Source: Zancudomyces culisetae HAW-14-8
Lineage: Eukaryota; Fungi; Kickxellomycota
Direction: 5' to 3'
Assembly: GCA_052426225.1 (NCBI GenBank)
Contig: JBNJNM010000009.1
Coordinates: 992,001-1,056,000 of the forward strand
DNA length: 64,000 bases
Shown here: positions 1 to 13,176 of the stretch, in pieces
Position numbering within the stretch: the stretch's first letter is position 1
How the letters are laid out: every line of letters begins with the position of its first letter
Position numbers and translations under genes: made by a program
Notes under the pieces: model-generated
Databases searched by the model: none
What the model saw: the letters and a program-made list of their open reading frames with translations, nothing else
Told to the model about the DNA's origin: nothing

Positions 1-3000
1 GTTGAGTTTGAGGCTTTTCTTTATTTACAGTGCTGTGTCGTTTCGTTGTAGCTCGTTATATAAATGAAACTGTATAAGTATTATATATCATTTGCCAACC
101 TACGACCCAAAGCAAGGAAATAGGTTTGCTGGTTTTTTTTTGTCATGGGATACTAAGCACCCATTACTAAGTTTTGCAGTAAATCAAAATATTGGTGGGC
201 TTTTTTTCGACCAATGGCTTTAGTGATTTTTGAAAATAGCTGCACTTTCTGATGGGTTCACACATTTGGCTCACATCAGCAATCAAGAGAAATGGGCAAA
301 ACAGTATTGAGAAGGTTGATTAGTAATCTTGCAAAATCTACAGATTTTTGTTTGGAAGTATTATGAAATGGAACTTGTAAAAAAATGAGCATAGGTGAGC
401 ATAGAGTTATCACATTGGCCAGCTTCATTTTTTCTATAGCATAAAAATATATTTAATACTATTTCTCCAATACCAGTTATTCTGTCCTTTGAAAAAAAAA
501 AGTTTTTACCATAATTTAGCTGTCGTATTATTTCCCATTTAAATATTTTGCCTAGCAAATCAAGATTCTGATAGGCGTAAGCTTCCTTGGAATTCAAACA
601 TGGAAATAGACGAAGCCATCCGACTTGCCAAAAATGAAATGAAAATTTCAAGTATATAGTAAACTCACATTTAGCGCTAGGAATCACTCTATCTAAGTTT
701 AATGGTACCAAAAACGCCGCTTGGGCTGCTATATTTGGTGAGTTTTATATGACCTTTACTAAAAATCAAGTGTATAATTTGAGCAATGTATACTGGTAAC
801 ACAAACTAGCTGAACCAAACCAGAGACCATGGGGAGGGAAAACAGGCTGGCTTTGAAGATATCTTATCAATTTATGAGGAAATTTACCTAGAGTATTGGA
901 GTATTTTTTGAGTATTATAGATTATTGTAAAAGTTAATCATGGAAAGAGCTTGTTATTTTTCTTTCGTATTACAGATTTTCGCAACATTTTTAATCAGGT
1001 TTGGTGTGAATAGAAAATTGGAGCTTGTGTGCGTTACAATGTAAATACCAAAGTTTATTTGGGATGTGTAAAAGCATGTGGTCATGCTTTTTTGCTTTGA
1101 CCTAACGACCTTTTCGCTCTACATTATATCAACTAATGAAAAAAACCTCGATATAAAGCATGTATTATATTGATTTACTGCGAAGTTAATTTTGATTCAA
1201 ACATTGTATGTTGATCTGTACTATTATGTATTTGATGCAACCCAATTATCTGTCAAACCACTATTTTAAAATCCATATATATCTATTGGCTGTATTAATT
1301 TTTTTTCTACAAAAATTTTGGATATATGTTGAAAATCCATTCATCTAAAACAAAAACAAAAAAAGCATTTAGCATTATGGAGTGTTACTAGATGATTTAC
1401 TAATTAATTAAATTTTTGCTTGATTATATGCTCTAAAAAAGCTGATCAATCTTTAATAATGCAACAACACATGTTAAAATTCGCTAAAGAGAGCAAACAA
1501 AATATAAAACATGACAGAGCACTAAAATGGCCATTAAAATAGTATAGCTATGAGCAAACGTGCTGAAAAAACATAGCAAATAATGCAAAGTTTTCTTACT
1601 TGCGAGAAGAAATGCGCTTTTACGTTAATGGTATAGTAAAGAAAGCTGAGAAAAGAAAATTCATATCCAACGAGTGCTAGCTGTATATCTGAAACTAGGG
1701 GCTCTGATCGGAAATATTCTAGGATCTATACCCGCTGTTTACCATTCATCCACTCCTGCTCTTGCTTAATCTTTTGTTTTTTGCGTGGGTAAACAAATAT
1801 AGATATATTTACATAATATTACAAAACCAACCTGAGCTGATAGAGAATTGGCGCGTATTTTTTTCTGCAAGTATTTTCAATACATTGCTTTTCTGCTGGT
1901 GTCAATCTAAAACACCAGTTTCGCATATACTAAAATCAAATTGAGAATGAAAAATGAAACTGAAACTGAAACTGAAAGGATTGCAAATAATCTAGATGGT
2001 TTTTTTCGGAGGAATTTTAACTATTTTGGCTTATAGATTTTCAAGGTAAAAAATCAAAATCCACAAAAAGTGTTCTCCCATCTCCCATAGCGCCCAACTT
2101 CGGTAGCAACAAAGATCTAATTACAAAATAGCAACATATTATTGGGATTTTTATAGATGTTACATACGAACTGCTCATCAGATTCCAGCGCAAAATTTAT
2201 AATTTATACTATTGTTTCTGTTCTCGGAATCCAAAGCTCTTTTATTAAATGGGCCAGGTGATACAAACTCGCATTGTACGAATTCTCAAGGTACACTTTG
2301 TGTTTAACTAAAAATAAACCTCGCCAATTGATGATTTGGTTTTAAACCCAATGTCATCTTGTGATGTGTTTTTCTGAACATAAAAAAAATGGAACCACTA
2401 TTTTCATTGCAGTTTTAGTTAGTGAATTTGGCAACTCGAAATGGGTGCAGCACTTGGTTCAATGGAATTTCTGTAAAAAAAAATTTTCTTTGGATTTCTA
2501 AGATTGTACTGCTCTCCGATTTTACAAGTTTTATTGTGTAATTAAAAGAAATTAATGGGAGAAAAAGTCCAAGTGATTATCGATTCATTGCGAACAATAT
2601 TTTACTAATTTCCAGTTAATTTTACACTAGGCAATATCAAGCTCTTGGAAGTGTGTAAACTTTTTCTCTGCATTTTTAAAAAAAAAAGCAGAATACGGAT
2701 TTCGTAAAGGAAAACACATTTACTTGCATATCTCGCACAAAAAGAGGACCGGGGGAAGAGAATAGTTCAAAGTGCGAACTCTCAATGAGGTCAAGTAAAC
2801 TATGGGAAATATACGTTGAAAAGTATGCTGAAAACCAACAATTATACATACAAAGTTTTTTTTCACTAGCCAACCTTTAGGTACACCGCCGAAACACTGA
2901 ATCAAAAAAAGGAAATTACAAACGTACAGAATAACAGGAGTTGGGGTGTTCCGATGTATCTGGAGATACCAACAGGACCTCACATCTTTGTTCTGGGTAG

Positions 3001-6000
3001 TCTTAAGCGCTTTATTATCTACATAGAGCACATGCAATGTAATGAAAAAAACATTAATGACTGTATCATATATTTCTATTCATTTTATTAGAAACTATGC
3101 ATGTAAAAGAAAGAAAAACCAAGAAATGCAAATGGCGGAAGGTTAAGTGTAGTCACCACAAAAGGCTACCAAGTAAAGTTTATCTATACAGGAGTCGCTT
3201 GGTCTTTGTGCTTAAGATTAAATAAAGGTTATTAACACTGGGACTACGAGCAATATCTATACAAAGGCACCAACCTATAAACACAGTAAATAAAATTGGG
3301 TTGGGCAGCAAAGGCACCATCAAAAACCATAAATAGGCAAGCGGATCACTCAATTGTGACCGGAGGCCGTGGTGGCGGTGGGTAATCCCTTGCATTTCTA
3401 AAAACGCTTTTGTCCGAAGTAAGGCTCATCGTATCCACGTTCTTTTTGCGTCTTTTTAGCTTCTCTATGCCCTCCCACAAGCCGATTTTTCCCGAAACAA
3501 AAAACCAAGCAATCACTTAGTTTTCAGAAAGATACTTTTCCTGAGTAAAATCAAATTTGTTTTAGTTTTGATATGTTGAATACCTCTTCTACTTTATGGA
3601 GCAGCATTTAGTGATCTATTTATATTTTTTTCAAAAAAATTTTTTGAAAATAAAAAAGGGAAATAATGAAAACTGAAACGTTGTATAAACACAGTTCGGT
3701 CTTCTGATTGATTTGGAGGATGGGGTGGATTTCAGAGGAATTGAGTTTAGTAATCAAAAACTAACACCTATTGTCCATTCTAGCATCGGTATTAAATTAT
3801 AACATCCTAGAAAAAAAAATGCGGAAAAAAATCTTATCAAAATGGGTTTAGTAATGCATTACATAAAACATATTTATGGAGCTTGTTATTTTGGAGATAT
3901 GCATTTTTTTTTTTGAGAATGCAAATACATGTTGTAAACGCTGCTAATCATAGGTTTTCGGAAGAGCCTGTTTGATGAAAAGGAAAATATTTCCAATTTT
4001 GGATACAAATAGACACTATTGCGGCCCTTTTTTTCCTTGAATATTTTTAAAATTGGGCATAATACCCGCAAATTTTGGTGGAGATAGTTGACAACTGAAA
4101 CCTTGGACTAGTTGGCATTAAGTTTGTCATTTGTTTTTCATACTTGAGTGCTAGTTTCCACAAGTAAAATTATATCTCTATACAAGTTATGAAAATGACA
4201 CGTTCAAGATATGTGAATTGGAAATAAAAATTTCTTGAATTTTGTTCGGCTCATAAAAGAAAGAAATACATAGCCTTTTTTGGTTCGCAAATATGGGGGT
4301 TGGTTTAAAAACCTTGGATATAAAAAAGTCGTATTCTCTTTTAACGAGACCTCCCAGCTAATGAACCAACAAATCTGGTAAAACTTTTTTGACCGCTTTT
4401 TTTTTTAATTGTTTTGACTCAGTAAGTGTGAAGATGCAAAAAATGCGATCATTATATCCCCACAACTAGGTAGTGTAGTATTTGGTGCATCTAAGGATAA
4501 CGTCTCAAACACAGTTGAATCCTTGGTGCACATATTAGCCTATCTGTTGAATACAGTGGATCGAGGATCGTGGTTAAAATAAACCGTAGTATGATTTATG
4601 AAAACAAGCCCAACTCCTTGTAGTGCGCTGGGCTTAACGAATCTATGAGTCATGGGCAATATTATAGTTACCAAAAAAAGCGGTACAAGAACTGTATACG
4701 TCAATTTCAGTATGAAGGTATATCATTGATCGTGCTATATTTAATAAACCTACCTCAGTAACTAAAGGTTCTGCTATTCCTAAACTGTGTATATGTATAA
4801 GCAGTAGCCGGTGGAGTTTTTACCTCCCCCCCCCCCAAAGCCCGCATTCTACCATGTGGTTCTATATACTATTCTAAAAATGTCTCTTATCTGTGTACCA
4901 TTTGTGCTGTTTTTTTGTATTGGCACTTTTGTGGTCAGTATTATATATTCATCTCAATTTAATATATTATTTAGCTGTATACATACACCACGAACAATGA
5001 TAGTTTAAAATTCCAGCAAGAAACAGATTACGCTGATATCACAAGTTCTAAAAAAAACGTTTCTATAAAGTAGATAATAAACATATTTCCGATAATTGGA
5101 TTGAGTGCGGCAAAATAAGCATCTTGGCCTAACCAATTGAAAAAAAATACAGTTACAAAGTGTTTTCGTTAGGCTTGTGACCTTATCCTTTTGAGTATAT
5201 ACTTATTCAATTGTATATTGTACTTTCCATAATATCGTGTCTAGCGGATAAAGGCCTGTTAACATGGTAATATAACACTGAGTAATTTCACGGATTACCA
5301 AACATATCTATTTTATTTTTCTAAAAATGGCTAAATGAAACAAATGTAAAACTATTTCCAGATTCTAGCTATACCTTTTTCTATCTTATAAAAATCCTCG
5401 GCTGTCTCGCACATTTAAGCTAAGCTCTTAACACCAATACCACCACTCCACTATTTTTCAAAAAACTGTTGAATGATTTATTTGATTTTTTCTCCTCTTT
5501 TCTTCTTTGAGCTTTCCATATCTCTCCCCACTTTAATACCAACAGACATTTGTTTGCATAAAAAAATGTACTACACAAAATTTATTTACTATTACTCGGC
5601 CACAATAACACCTAATCTCGTGATTCAAAAGATGGTATAATTCATTGATGAAAAACAACAGAAAGCTGAATGCATTCGTCATGTACCATTTTCACTATAA
5701 GTTTGTGTTACATCTGCTGATTTCAAATACCCTATCAATTGTATTTATCTGATTATATAAATAAAAAAGTACTCATCTTTTCACTACAACCAGTATTAAG
5801 CTCACACAACCAGAAATGTAGCTACTGAGCCTAGAACAGCTCAAACCATGTTAAAAACCAGCAATATCTGTAGAAGATGAAATTCGTAAGAAAAGGTATC
5901 AGGCCAGTCCCAACGTGGATATTTATATTGATTTTTGGTATATATAATCAATGGGGTTTTCACTAGCAATTACGAGGCGTATTGCTATGAGACAAACCAC

Positions 6001-7936
6001 GTATTAAAAAATGTTGGGAAACTGGTGTTTATATATTTTCCAATCCGATGTCACTTGAAGCATGTGGAATATTCTATTAACTCAGAGAAGTGTAATTTTA
6101 TGATGAAAATAATACCATCAATATTTAGCTTTAAATAACTATGTAAATAAATACCAACAAAAAAAAAACAAATTCACAGTCGCACTTAACCATGAATTCG
6201 AAAACCCAAAATTGCTTTGAAGAGTGCTTGGAACTAATATTTTATCAGATTGTCTCTTTTTTCTCATTCCAGCAATAGTGTTACTGGAACAACAAGCTTT
6301 TTTTTTAGTGCATACATGTACTTTGCATCATGTGTGTTTATTACCCAAATAGTATCAAATTTACAAAACCTTTTTTTTTTCTGCTTACTTTTGTTTCTAG
6401 AAAGTGCAATGGAGAAAGATTGAGTGCATAAATATGGCATTATGACCTGAGTTTACACTAACCTCCAGAAAAAGAAAAGATTAGTTAATTTCACAAACAA
6501 AAATGTTGTTTTGCGTTTTTGATGTGAAATTACACCAAGCTAATCGCCGCGCTTTTCTCAAGCTTGCTTTCACAGTTAATTTTGGTTTGGTCCATTGTTC
6601 AACCTATTGCACTACTTTGAAACATACGCAAAAAATTATTATTACCTATTTCGATCAATTTTACTATTAGCACATGCTTTCACCAATTTGATAGTTGAAA
6701 GCATCTCCACAACATGGGCAGGATTTTATTCTCCAATTTAACCATAGTAGCCAGATAAAGCGTTCTAGTTGAAAAGCACACCTTTGCGTGTATACACACA
6801 TCTTTAACAGAAAGAGACATGTTTATCCGTAAATATTGTAAAATTAAATTGACGAATATCCCCTTTGCCAGTAAATAATGGGGTTATCTTCTATTATACG
6901 CGCTTTTCTTTACAATGTTTCTTTAATATAATACAGGATAGGTGTGCATAATCAAAATCAAGTTTACAGTGGAAGTGTAGTATTCATAAAAATCAGGACA
7001 CTACTAAAAAAAAAGCCTGCCCCGAACCCTATGTGTGTACCATCGCGGTGCAGACTTTACTACAATAAAGACATAACAACAACTCTTCATCTTATCCCTG
7101 GTTTGCCCCTTTTTTCCTGGTACTTTATTCCTTTTATATAACAATGCAAGGCTAGTTTATCACAGACGCGCCTGTTGGTTATGGTAATTAGCTTAGTTTA
7201 CTATTTGAATACCGGCCAACACCTAGTTCTAACGATTCCGGATAAAATGCATGCTACTGTTGAGTGTTATTTCAAAATATATAGCTACATAATCATGTGA
7301 GCATAAGATTAGCGCACAATGCTCAACACTCGTGGCTCCTCCGTCCTGAGAGAGATAATCAATATATAAGCGTGAGAACATATAGATATGCTACGCTCTA
7401 CTAAAGTATTTCCGACCATAGCAATGACAATCTAGTAGGTAAACAACTATATAAAATACCACTAAAACCTGAACACGCGAAACTGTTGAGTGAAAGGCAT
7501 ATAAAATACCGGTGTCATCAAAGAACCAAAATAATAAATATATGAAATACTCCCCAAGCAGTTTTCTTTTTTGCTTTCCTTTGTTTTCCTACAAAAGCTA
7601 TGGGATGATTCCACCAAAAGATGATGAGTGAGGCAGGTATCGCGATATACTTTATGCGCCTATCAGACTGGGTAAACGTTCCAAATCGTAGTAGTTACTT
7701 CTACCAAACTTTCTAGGGCCCAGGGAAACAATACCAGGCGTGATAAGTATGGAGTTAATAAAATAGGTTATCCTAGACCATAAATAAAAAAGATAATGGC
7801 ATATATTCGGTACACACATAGGAAAAAGTATCTTTATTTAGCTGAACAATAGCTGGTAACAAGACAAGATGGTTCGGGAATCCCATCTTCACTATTGAAA
7901 TGAAGTAGATAAGTGGGCTGTCGAAACAAAATTAAA

Positions 7937-8300
7937 TCAGTCGAGTTTAACTGGGAAAGAGCCAGAATCTATTTGCTCGTCCCAATGAGCGATCTATTTT
8001 TAATATTTTTTCAATATTTTAGTACTCAAGTTATAGTAGAACGGGAATGAATGATACTTGTACCCTGAATATATACATTCGCATGACTGTATTTAACACA
8101 ACATTGAAAAAAGCACTTACCCAATCATCAGGGCAGAGGGATCTAGATACCTTGAAAAACTCCTTGCATGCTGGGAAGTCTTCGCCCTTCTTGTTCTTGC
8201 ATCTTTGGTAGTCAACGTAGTTTTGCCAGCAATGCTTTGTTTGATTTACGAATGGGAATCTTCCATCGTATTGCGGTGTTTTCAATTCGAATTCTGACAT
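7937..8300 (-). CDS. COX12: Cytochrome c oxidase subunit 6B (Cox12), 78 aa, 2 exons (8300-8121, 7993-7937)
   Basis: MSEFELKTPQYDGRFPFVNQTKHCWQNYVDYQRC...CKEFFKVSRSLCPDDW, then a GTAAGT...TAG intron joins in frame to IAHWDEQIDSGSFPVKLD*. COX6B RFP-NQT-HCWQNY motif and Cx9C/Cx10C pattern. Confidence 0.95.
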
Positions 8301-10660
8301 TTTCAAGTTTGGTTTGCCTTTAATCAAAGTGGAATTTGTTTCTAAACAAAACGAATTTTTAGATAAGCAAAGTATAATTCAAAAAAAAAATTCAATTCTC
8401 CATTTATCTATTTAACAGTCATTCGCTTTATTTATCATAAAAAAAAGACCTGCTATCTCATTTGAGCCAAAAACCTAGTGGTGGAAAAAAAGTTGGCCTT
8501 ATAACTCAGACAACCACATTTAGTTTGGAAAATATTATGGGCTGATAGAACGAAAATGTTACTAACAAACTCGCTCTGAAAAAATTTTTTGAAATTTTTT
8601 TTTGTGTTAAAAAGTGTAATATTCGCCATTTATTGGTTTTTAAAAAAAGCTGAATGCCTGAGTGTGGAAGCCAATGAGCGTTAAAAACTATCCGCAAACT
8701 CAATCTTTCAAAGCGCTATTTTAAAGCGATGACACTGATTAGTAAAAAAGAAGGAACGTTCGATTATACCCCCTTAATAGAGATGGATGTGTGTGTGTCA
8801 ACATGAGTTTACATCAATCTTTTTTGCCACACAAATCTACAACATGCTATTCAAAATAAAGGCTTGAGGTTTGATTATGCTTTTTTACTCGTAAAACGAA
8901 TATAACAGTCAAGTGGTTATTTGATTGTCCCACTCTATCTTCCCAGACAGCCCATACATGTATCCATTCAAAAGAATGTAAACTTAAGTGTGATCATCAC
9001 ATTTGAGCGACTTAGTGTCCTGTTTATTACTCCCAAGTTGATTGAGTATGTATAGAACGTTACAAATCATGCATAGGAAGGGGCGGGAGAGTAAGGAGGA
9101 ATATGGCAACAGATTTTCTAATACGTCGTTAGTTTCGACATGATCAGCGGGGTTCATTTAGTAGTAATATCTAAGCTTTTGGAGCCTTTGCACTCGATTT
9201 TCAAGAAATTTTATTTAATAGAAATCGTGCATCAATAAACTATTCGTGTAACAAGTACACAGCAGTGGTGATGTGTGTGATCAACTTTTTCACCGCTCAC
9301 TGCTAGTGTTTTCGACTGTCGGCTCAACCAAACAGAACTTGCGAGCAAAGCTAGAGCTAAAAACCAAATAGAAACAGCAAATAAAAAAGGATTTTCCTGT
9401 GGGTGTGCACATAGCTGATATCCAGGTTAAAAGAACGGGTAATTACCCAGTATAGAAGAGGCCAAGGCAGTTTTGAGTTAGGGACTGAACCATGCGCATC
9501 CCTGTTGTTCCATAAAAAAGTTCAGTAAAGACACATAGTTTAGCAAGGTTTATAGATTTATAGATTTTTTCAAGCATTTCTTTTTGAACTAGAATTACAC
9601 CGCAGGTCGCTTCGACTTATTATAAATATATTTAGTGTACTTAGTAACTTCTTTTATGCGAGTGCGAAAAACAAGTTTTCTTGAAGTTATAATCCAGTAT
9701 TAGTCACTTTTTGAAAAAAATGCAGAGAACGGAGTAATCTTGAGAGTACTTTAAAAGCACACAAGTTGCTTAATTGTAGGAATAGCAAAATGGTAGTATG
9801 GGGTTATTTATGATGGAAATATTCGGCCATATATCTAGTTACGAAGCAACAACTAACAGGCCTTGAATTCCCTGTTCGGCACTATCTGCTGCACTTTAGA
9901 GTATGATAAAACAAGAGCAGGTTTATCTTGAACTATTATCAATGTCGGTATTGTTAGTACCACTATCATTGTGAATGCACGTACAAATACACATGTATAT
10001 AAGTACACACATATGTTCATGTTAGTTTGTCGAAAAGGTGATGCTGTGAAGAGATAACTACAGTTGATGTTAGCATTTATGTTATCATACCAACATTCAG
10101 TACCACTGTGTATAACTCATGTCGCGAAAAAAAAATACAAATATACAAAAATACAAACATACAAATATACAACTTTGTGGGATCTTTAGACCTTTGTGAT
10201 CATAACATTAAAGCTAACGTTAGCAACAAATTTAAATTGGTGTTCAAACCTCCCCCCCCCCCCACAATAACCAAAATGTCCAAAATGATCAAGTGCCCAA
10301 ACCACCCAAATTGCCCAAAATATTCAAACAGGTTAATTGGGTCAGAATTGTTGAAGGCACCAATAAAAAGATGTTTCTACTACAATTTTTTTTAGTGTCA
10401 TGACCTACTTTGGCAATATCTCAATATCCAAAGTCATTTAGTATATGAAAGTAGTATGCAGCTGGAATAAAAACAAGGCAAACCTGTTGCATTAACGGGC
10501 CCAAATAGTATAAAATACAGAACTACAGAAATAATGGTGCATCTATAATGAAAATAGACCTGTTAATTGTTCACACATCAGTTTATTTGGGTTTTTTTGC
10601 TTCTTGTAAAAGAAGATGGTAACGCACCAAATATGGTTAGAAATAAGGAGGCCAAAAAAC

Positions 10661-10668
10661 TATAAATA
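10661..10668 (+). promoter_or_regulatory. Putative TATA box (TATAAATA) upstream of MetE
   Basis: Consensus TATAAATA about 110 bp before the ATG at 10771. Weak evidence in an AT-rich background. Confidence 0.35.
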
Positions 10669-10770
10669 GTTCGAAATCTACCTAAAAAGAAAAGAGAAAA
10701 AAAATCAGCTACAACACTGTTATAGGCAGAAAAAACAAGTAAAGAACAAGATAACGCTAAATACTCCGAA

Positions 10771-13176
10771 ATGACTGCAGAAAAGGTTGCAACAATACTC
10801 GGCTTTCCCAGGATGGGAAAAGACAGAGAGCTGAAAAAGTGTGTTGAGGGATACTGGAGCGGAAAGATAGATGTTGAAGAGCTTATAAGCATTTCCGACA
10901 AGATTAAGGAGGTTCACTGGGAATTGCAAGTAAAAAATGGGTTGGATGTAATACCTGTTGGCGATTTCAGTTTGTATGACCACATTCTTGATACTGCATT
11001 TATGTTCAATGTTATTCCAGAGCGGTATATCAAAGCTACAACCAATGGAGAGGGCTTGACTGGATATGATCTGAAAAACATCAAAGCGAAGGTAGATACA
11101 TATTTTGGGATGGCCAGAGGCATTACAATGTCAGGAAACATCGAAACAGATGGTTCAGCACAAGGTGTACAAGCATTGGAGATGAAAAAGTGGTTTGATA
11201 CTAATTACCACTGCATCGTTCCAGAAATTGATGATTCAACAAGCTATGCATTGGTGGGAGATTCTCTAGTTAATGACTACAAAAAGGCAGTGAAGCTGGG
11301 GTACAGGGCCAGACCATGCATCATTGGCCCAGTCACGTTCTTACACTACTGTAATAATGTTGGAAAAAGACTATCTAAAGCTGATCACGCAAAAAAGCTT
11401 GTAAATGTTTATGTAGACTTGATAAAAAACCTCGCTGGTGCAGAGTGGATTCAGCTAGACGAACCAGTACTGAGTTTGGATCTGGATCAAGAATACGTTG
11501 ATCTATTTTTGAATACGTACAATGAGCTTCTTTCAGGTGTTCACGGGATTACAAAGGTTATGTTGGTAAACTATTTTGGGGCATATGAAGATAATTTTAC
11601 TAAAATAGTTTCAAAGCTCCCAATTGATGGTATCCATTTCGATCTTGTTTACGGGCTGTCTGATTTTGAAAGCACTCATGCTATTGATAAAATAAAAAAC
11701 ACCATATCTGCCATTTCACTAGGTGTGGTAGATGGAAGAAATATTTGGAAGACAGATCTTGCGATTTCCCTAGAAAAAATTACTCAAATCTGCAAGTCAA
11801 TAGGGAATGCCGAAATTGATATATGGTTTAATTCATCTTGCTCGCTGCTTCATGTTCCACATAGCTTAGATGCAGAACTTGGAAGAATGGATAGTGAGAT
11901 ATTGCAATGGATTTCGTTTTCAGTGGAAAAAATCCGCGAATTATCATTGCTTAAGAATGCTTATATTGAGCCATCCTTGTTTACTGAACAGATAAACAAA
12001 AACAAACATGAGGTGACCTCACGTTTAACTTCACAAAAAGTAAAAAGCATACCTGTTCAACAACAGCTCAAAGAGATACCATCCACAAGTACTGATGAAA
12101 GCGTGTTTTCACGAAATACAGATAACTACGAAAGAAGAAGAGTGCAACGTGAACTTTTCAAACTCAGGAAATTTCCTACAACTACGATAGGATCATTTCC
12201 TCAAACTTTGGAAGTTCGCAAAAAACGTCAGGAGTACCTAAAGGGTATTATCAGCAAGAAAGAGTATGATACGTATATTAGGGAAAAGACTAAAAAGTGT
12301 ATTGAGTGGCAGCTGGAGTTGGGGTTGGATGTTTTGGTTCATGGTGAGTACGAAAGAACAGACATGGTGGAATTTTTTGGTGAGCATTTTACAGGGTTCT
12401 GCAAAACTAATGGTGGATGGGTTCAGTCATATGGCTCTAGATGTGTCAAACCACCTATCATCTATGGTGATATCAGTAGGCCTAAACCCATGACTGTTGA
12501 ATTAATAGAGTATGCACAGAGTCTGCTCAAAGGCACCGGAAAATACGTAAAGGGGATGCTTACTGGCCCTGTCACCATTCTAAGGTGGTCGTTTGTTCGC
12601 AATGATCAGAGCCTACAAACAACTGCCACGCAAATAGCTTTAGCATTGCAAAAAGAAGTTCTAGATCTGGAGGTAGCGGGTATCAAAATAATTCAAGTTG
12701 ATGAGCCTGCAATCCGCGAGGGATTGCCATTGCGCAAAAAAGACCAGATATCATATTTTAAATGGGCTGCAAATTGCTTTAAACTTGTTTCGCAACATGT
12801 TAGCAACTCAACACAAATTCATACGCACATGTGTTATTCGGATTTCAATGACATTTTGCATTTGATAAAGGATATGGATGCCGATGTTTTGACTATTGAG
12901 AACAGCAAATCCAGTTTGAAAAACTTCAAGGGTGTTAAGGGATACTACGAAGCCGATATTGGTCCAGGTTTGTACGATGTCCATTCCCCACGAATTCCAC
13001 TGGTTGAGGAAATGAAGGCAAGGGTACACGAGCTACTGAAAATCTTTACCATCGAACAACTATGGATAAATCCTGATTGTGGTAACAAGACTAGAACTGA
13101 AAGAGAAGTGGACCTTGCGTTGAAAAATATGGTTCAGGTTTCTAGGGAGCTTGAAGCCAGTTTTAAAAAGGCTTAA
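10771..13176 (+). CDS. MET6: Cobalamin-independent methionine synthase (MetE/Met6), 801 aa, intronless
   Basis: LGFPRMG..RELKK N-terminus, KWFDTNYH, PTTTIGSFPQT, WVQSYGSRCVKPP, GMLTGPVT, and zinc-ligand motifs HMCYS, TIE and NPDCG. Confidence 0.98.
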   Translation: MTAEKVATILGFPRMGKDRELKKCVEGYWSGKIDVEELISISDKIKEVHWELQVKNGLDVIPVGDFSLYDHILDTAFMFNVIPERYIKATTNGEGLTGYDLKNIKAKVDTYFGMARGITMSGNIETDGSAQGVQALEMKKWFDTNYHCIVPEIDDSTSYALVGDSLVNDYKKAVKLGYRARPCIIGPVTFLHYCNNVGKRLSKADHAKKLVNVYVDLIKNLAGAEWIQLDEPVLSLDLDQEYVDLFLNTYNELLSGVHGITKVMLVNYFGAYEDNFTKIVSKLPIDGIHFDLVYGLSDFESTHAIDKIKNTISAISLGVVDGRNIWKTDLAISLEKITQICKSIGNAEIDIWFNSSCSLLHVPHSLDAELGRMDSEILQWISFSVEKIRELSLLKNAYIEPSLFTEQINKNKHEVTSRLTSQKVKSIPVQQQLKEIPSTSTDESVFSRNTDNYERRRVQRELFKLRKFPTTTIGSFPQTLEVRKKRQEYLKGIISKKEYDTYIREKTKKCIEWQLELGLDVLVHGEYERTDMVEFFGEHFTGFCKTNGGWVQSYGSRCVKPPIIYGDISRPKPMTVELIEYAQSLLKGTGKYVKGMLTGPVTILRWSFVRNDQSLQTTATQIALALQKEVLDLEVAGIKIIQVDEPAIREGLPLRKKDQISYFKWAANCFKLVSQHVSNSTQIHTHMCYSDFNDILHLIKDMDADVLTIENSKSSLKNFKGVKGYYEADIGPGLYDVHSPRIPLVEEMKARVHELLKIFTIEQLWINPDCGNKTRTEREVDLALKNMVQVSRELEASFKKA

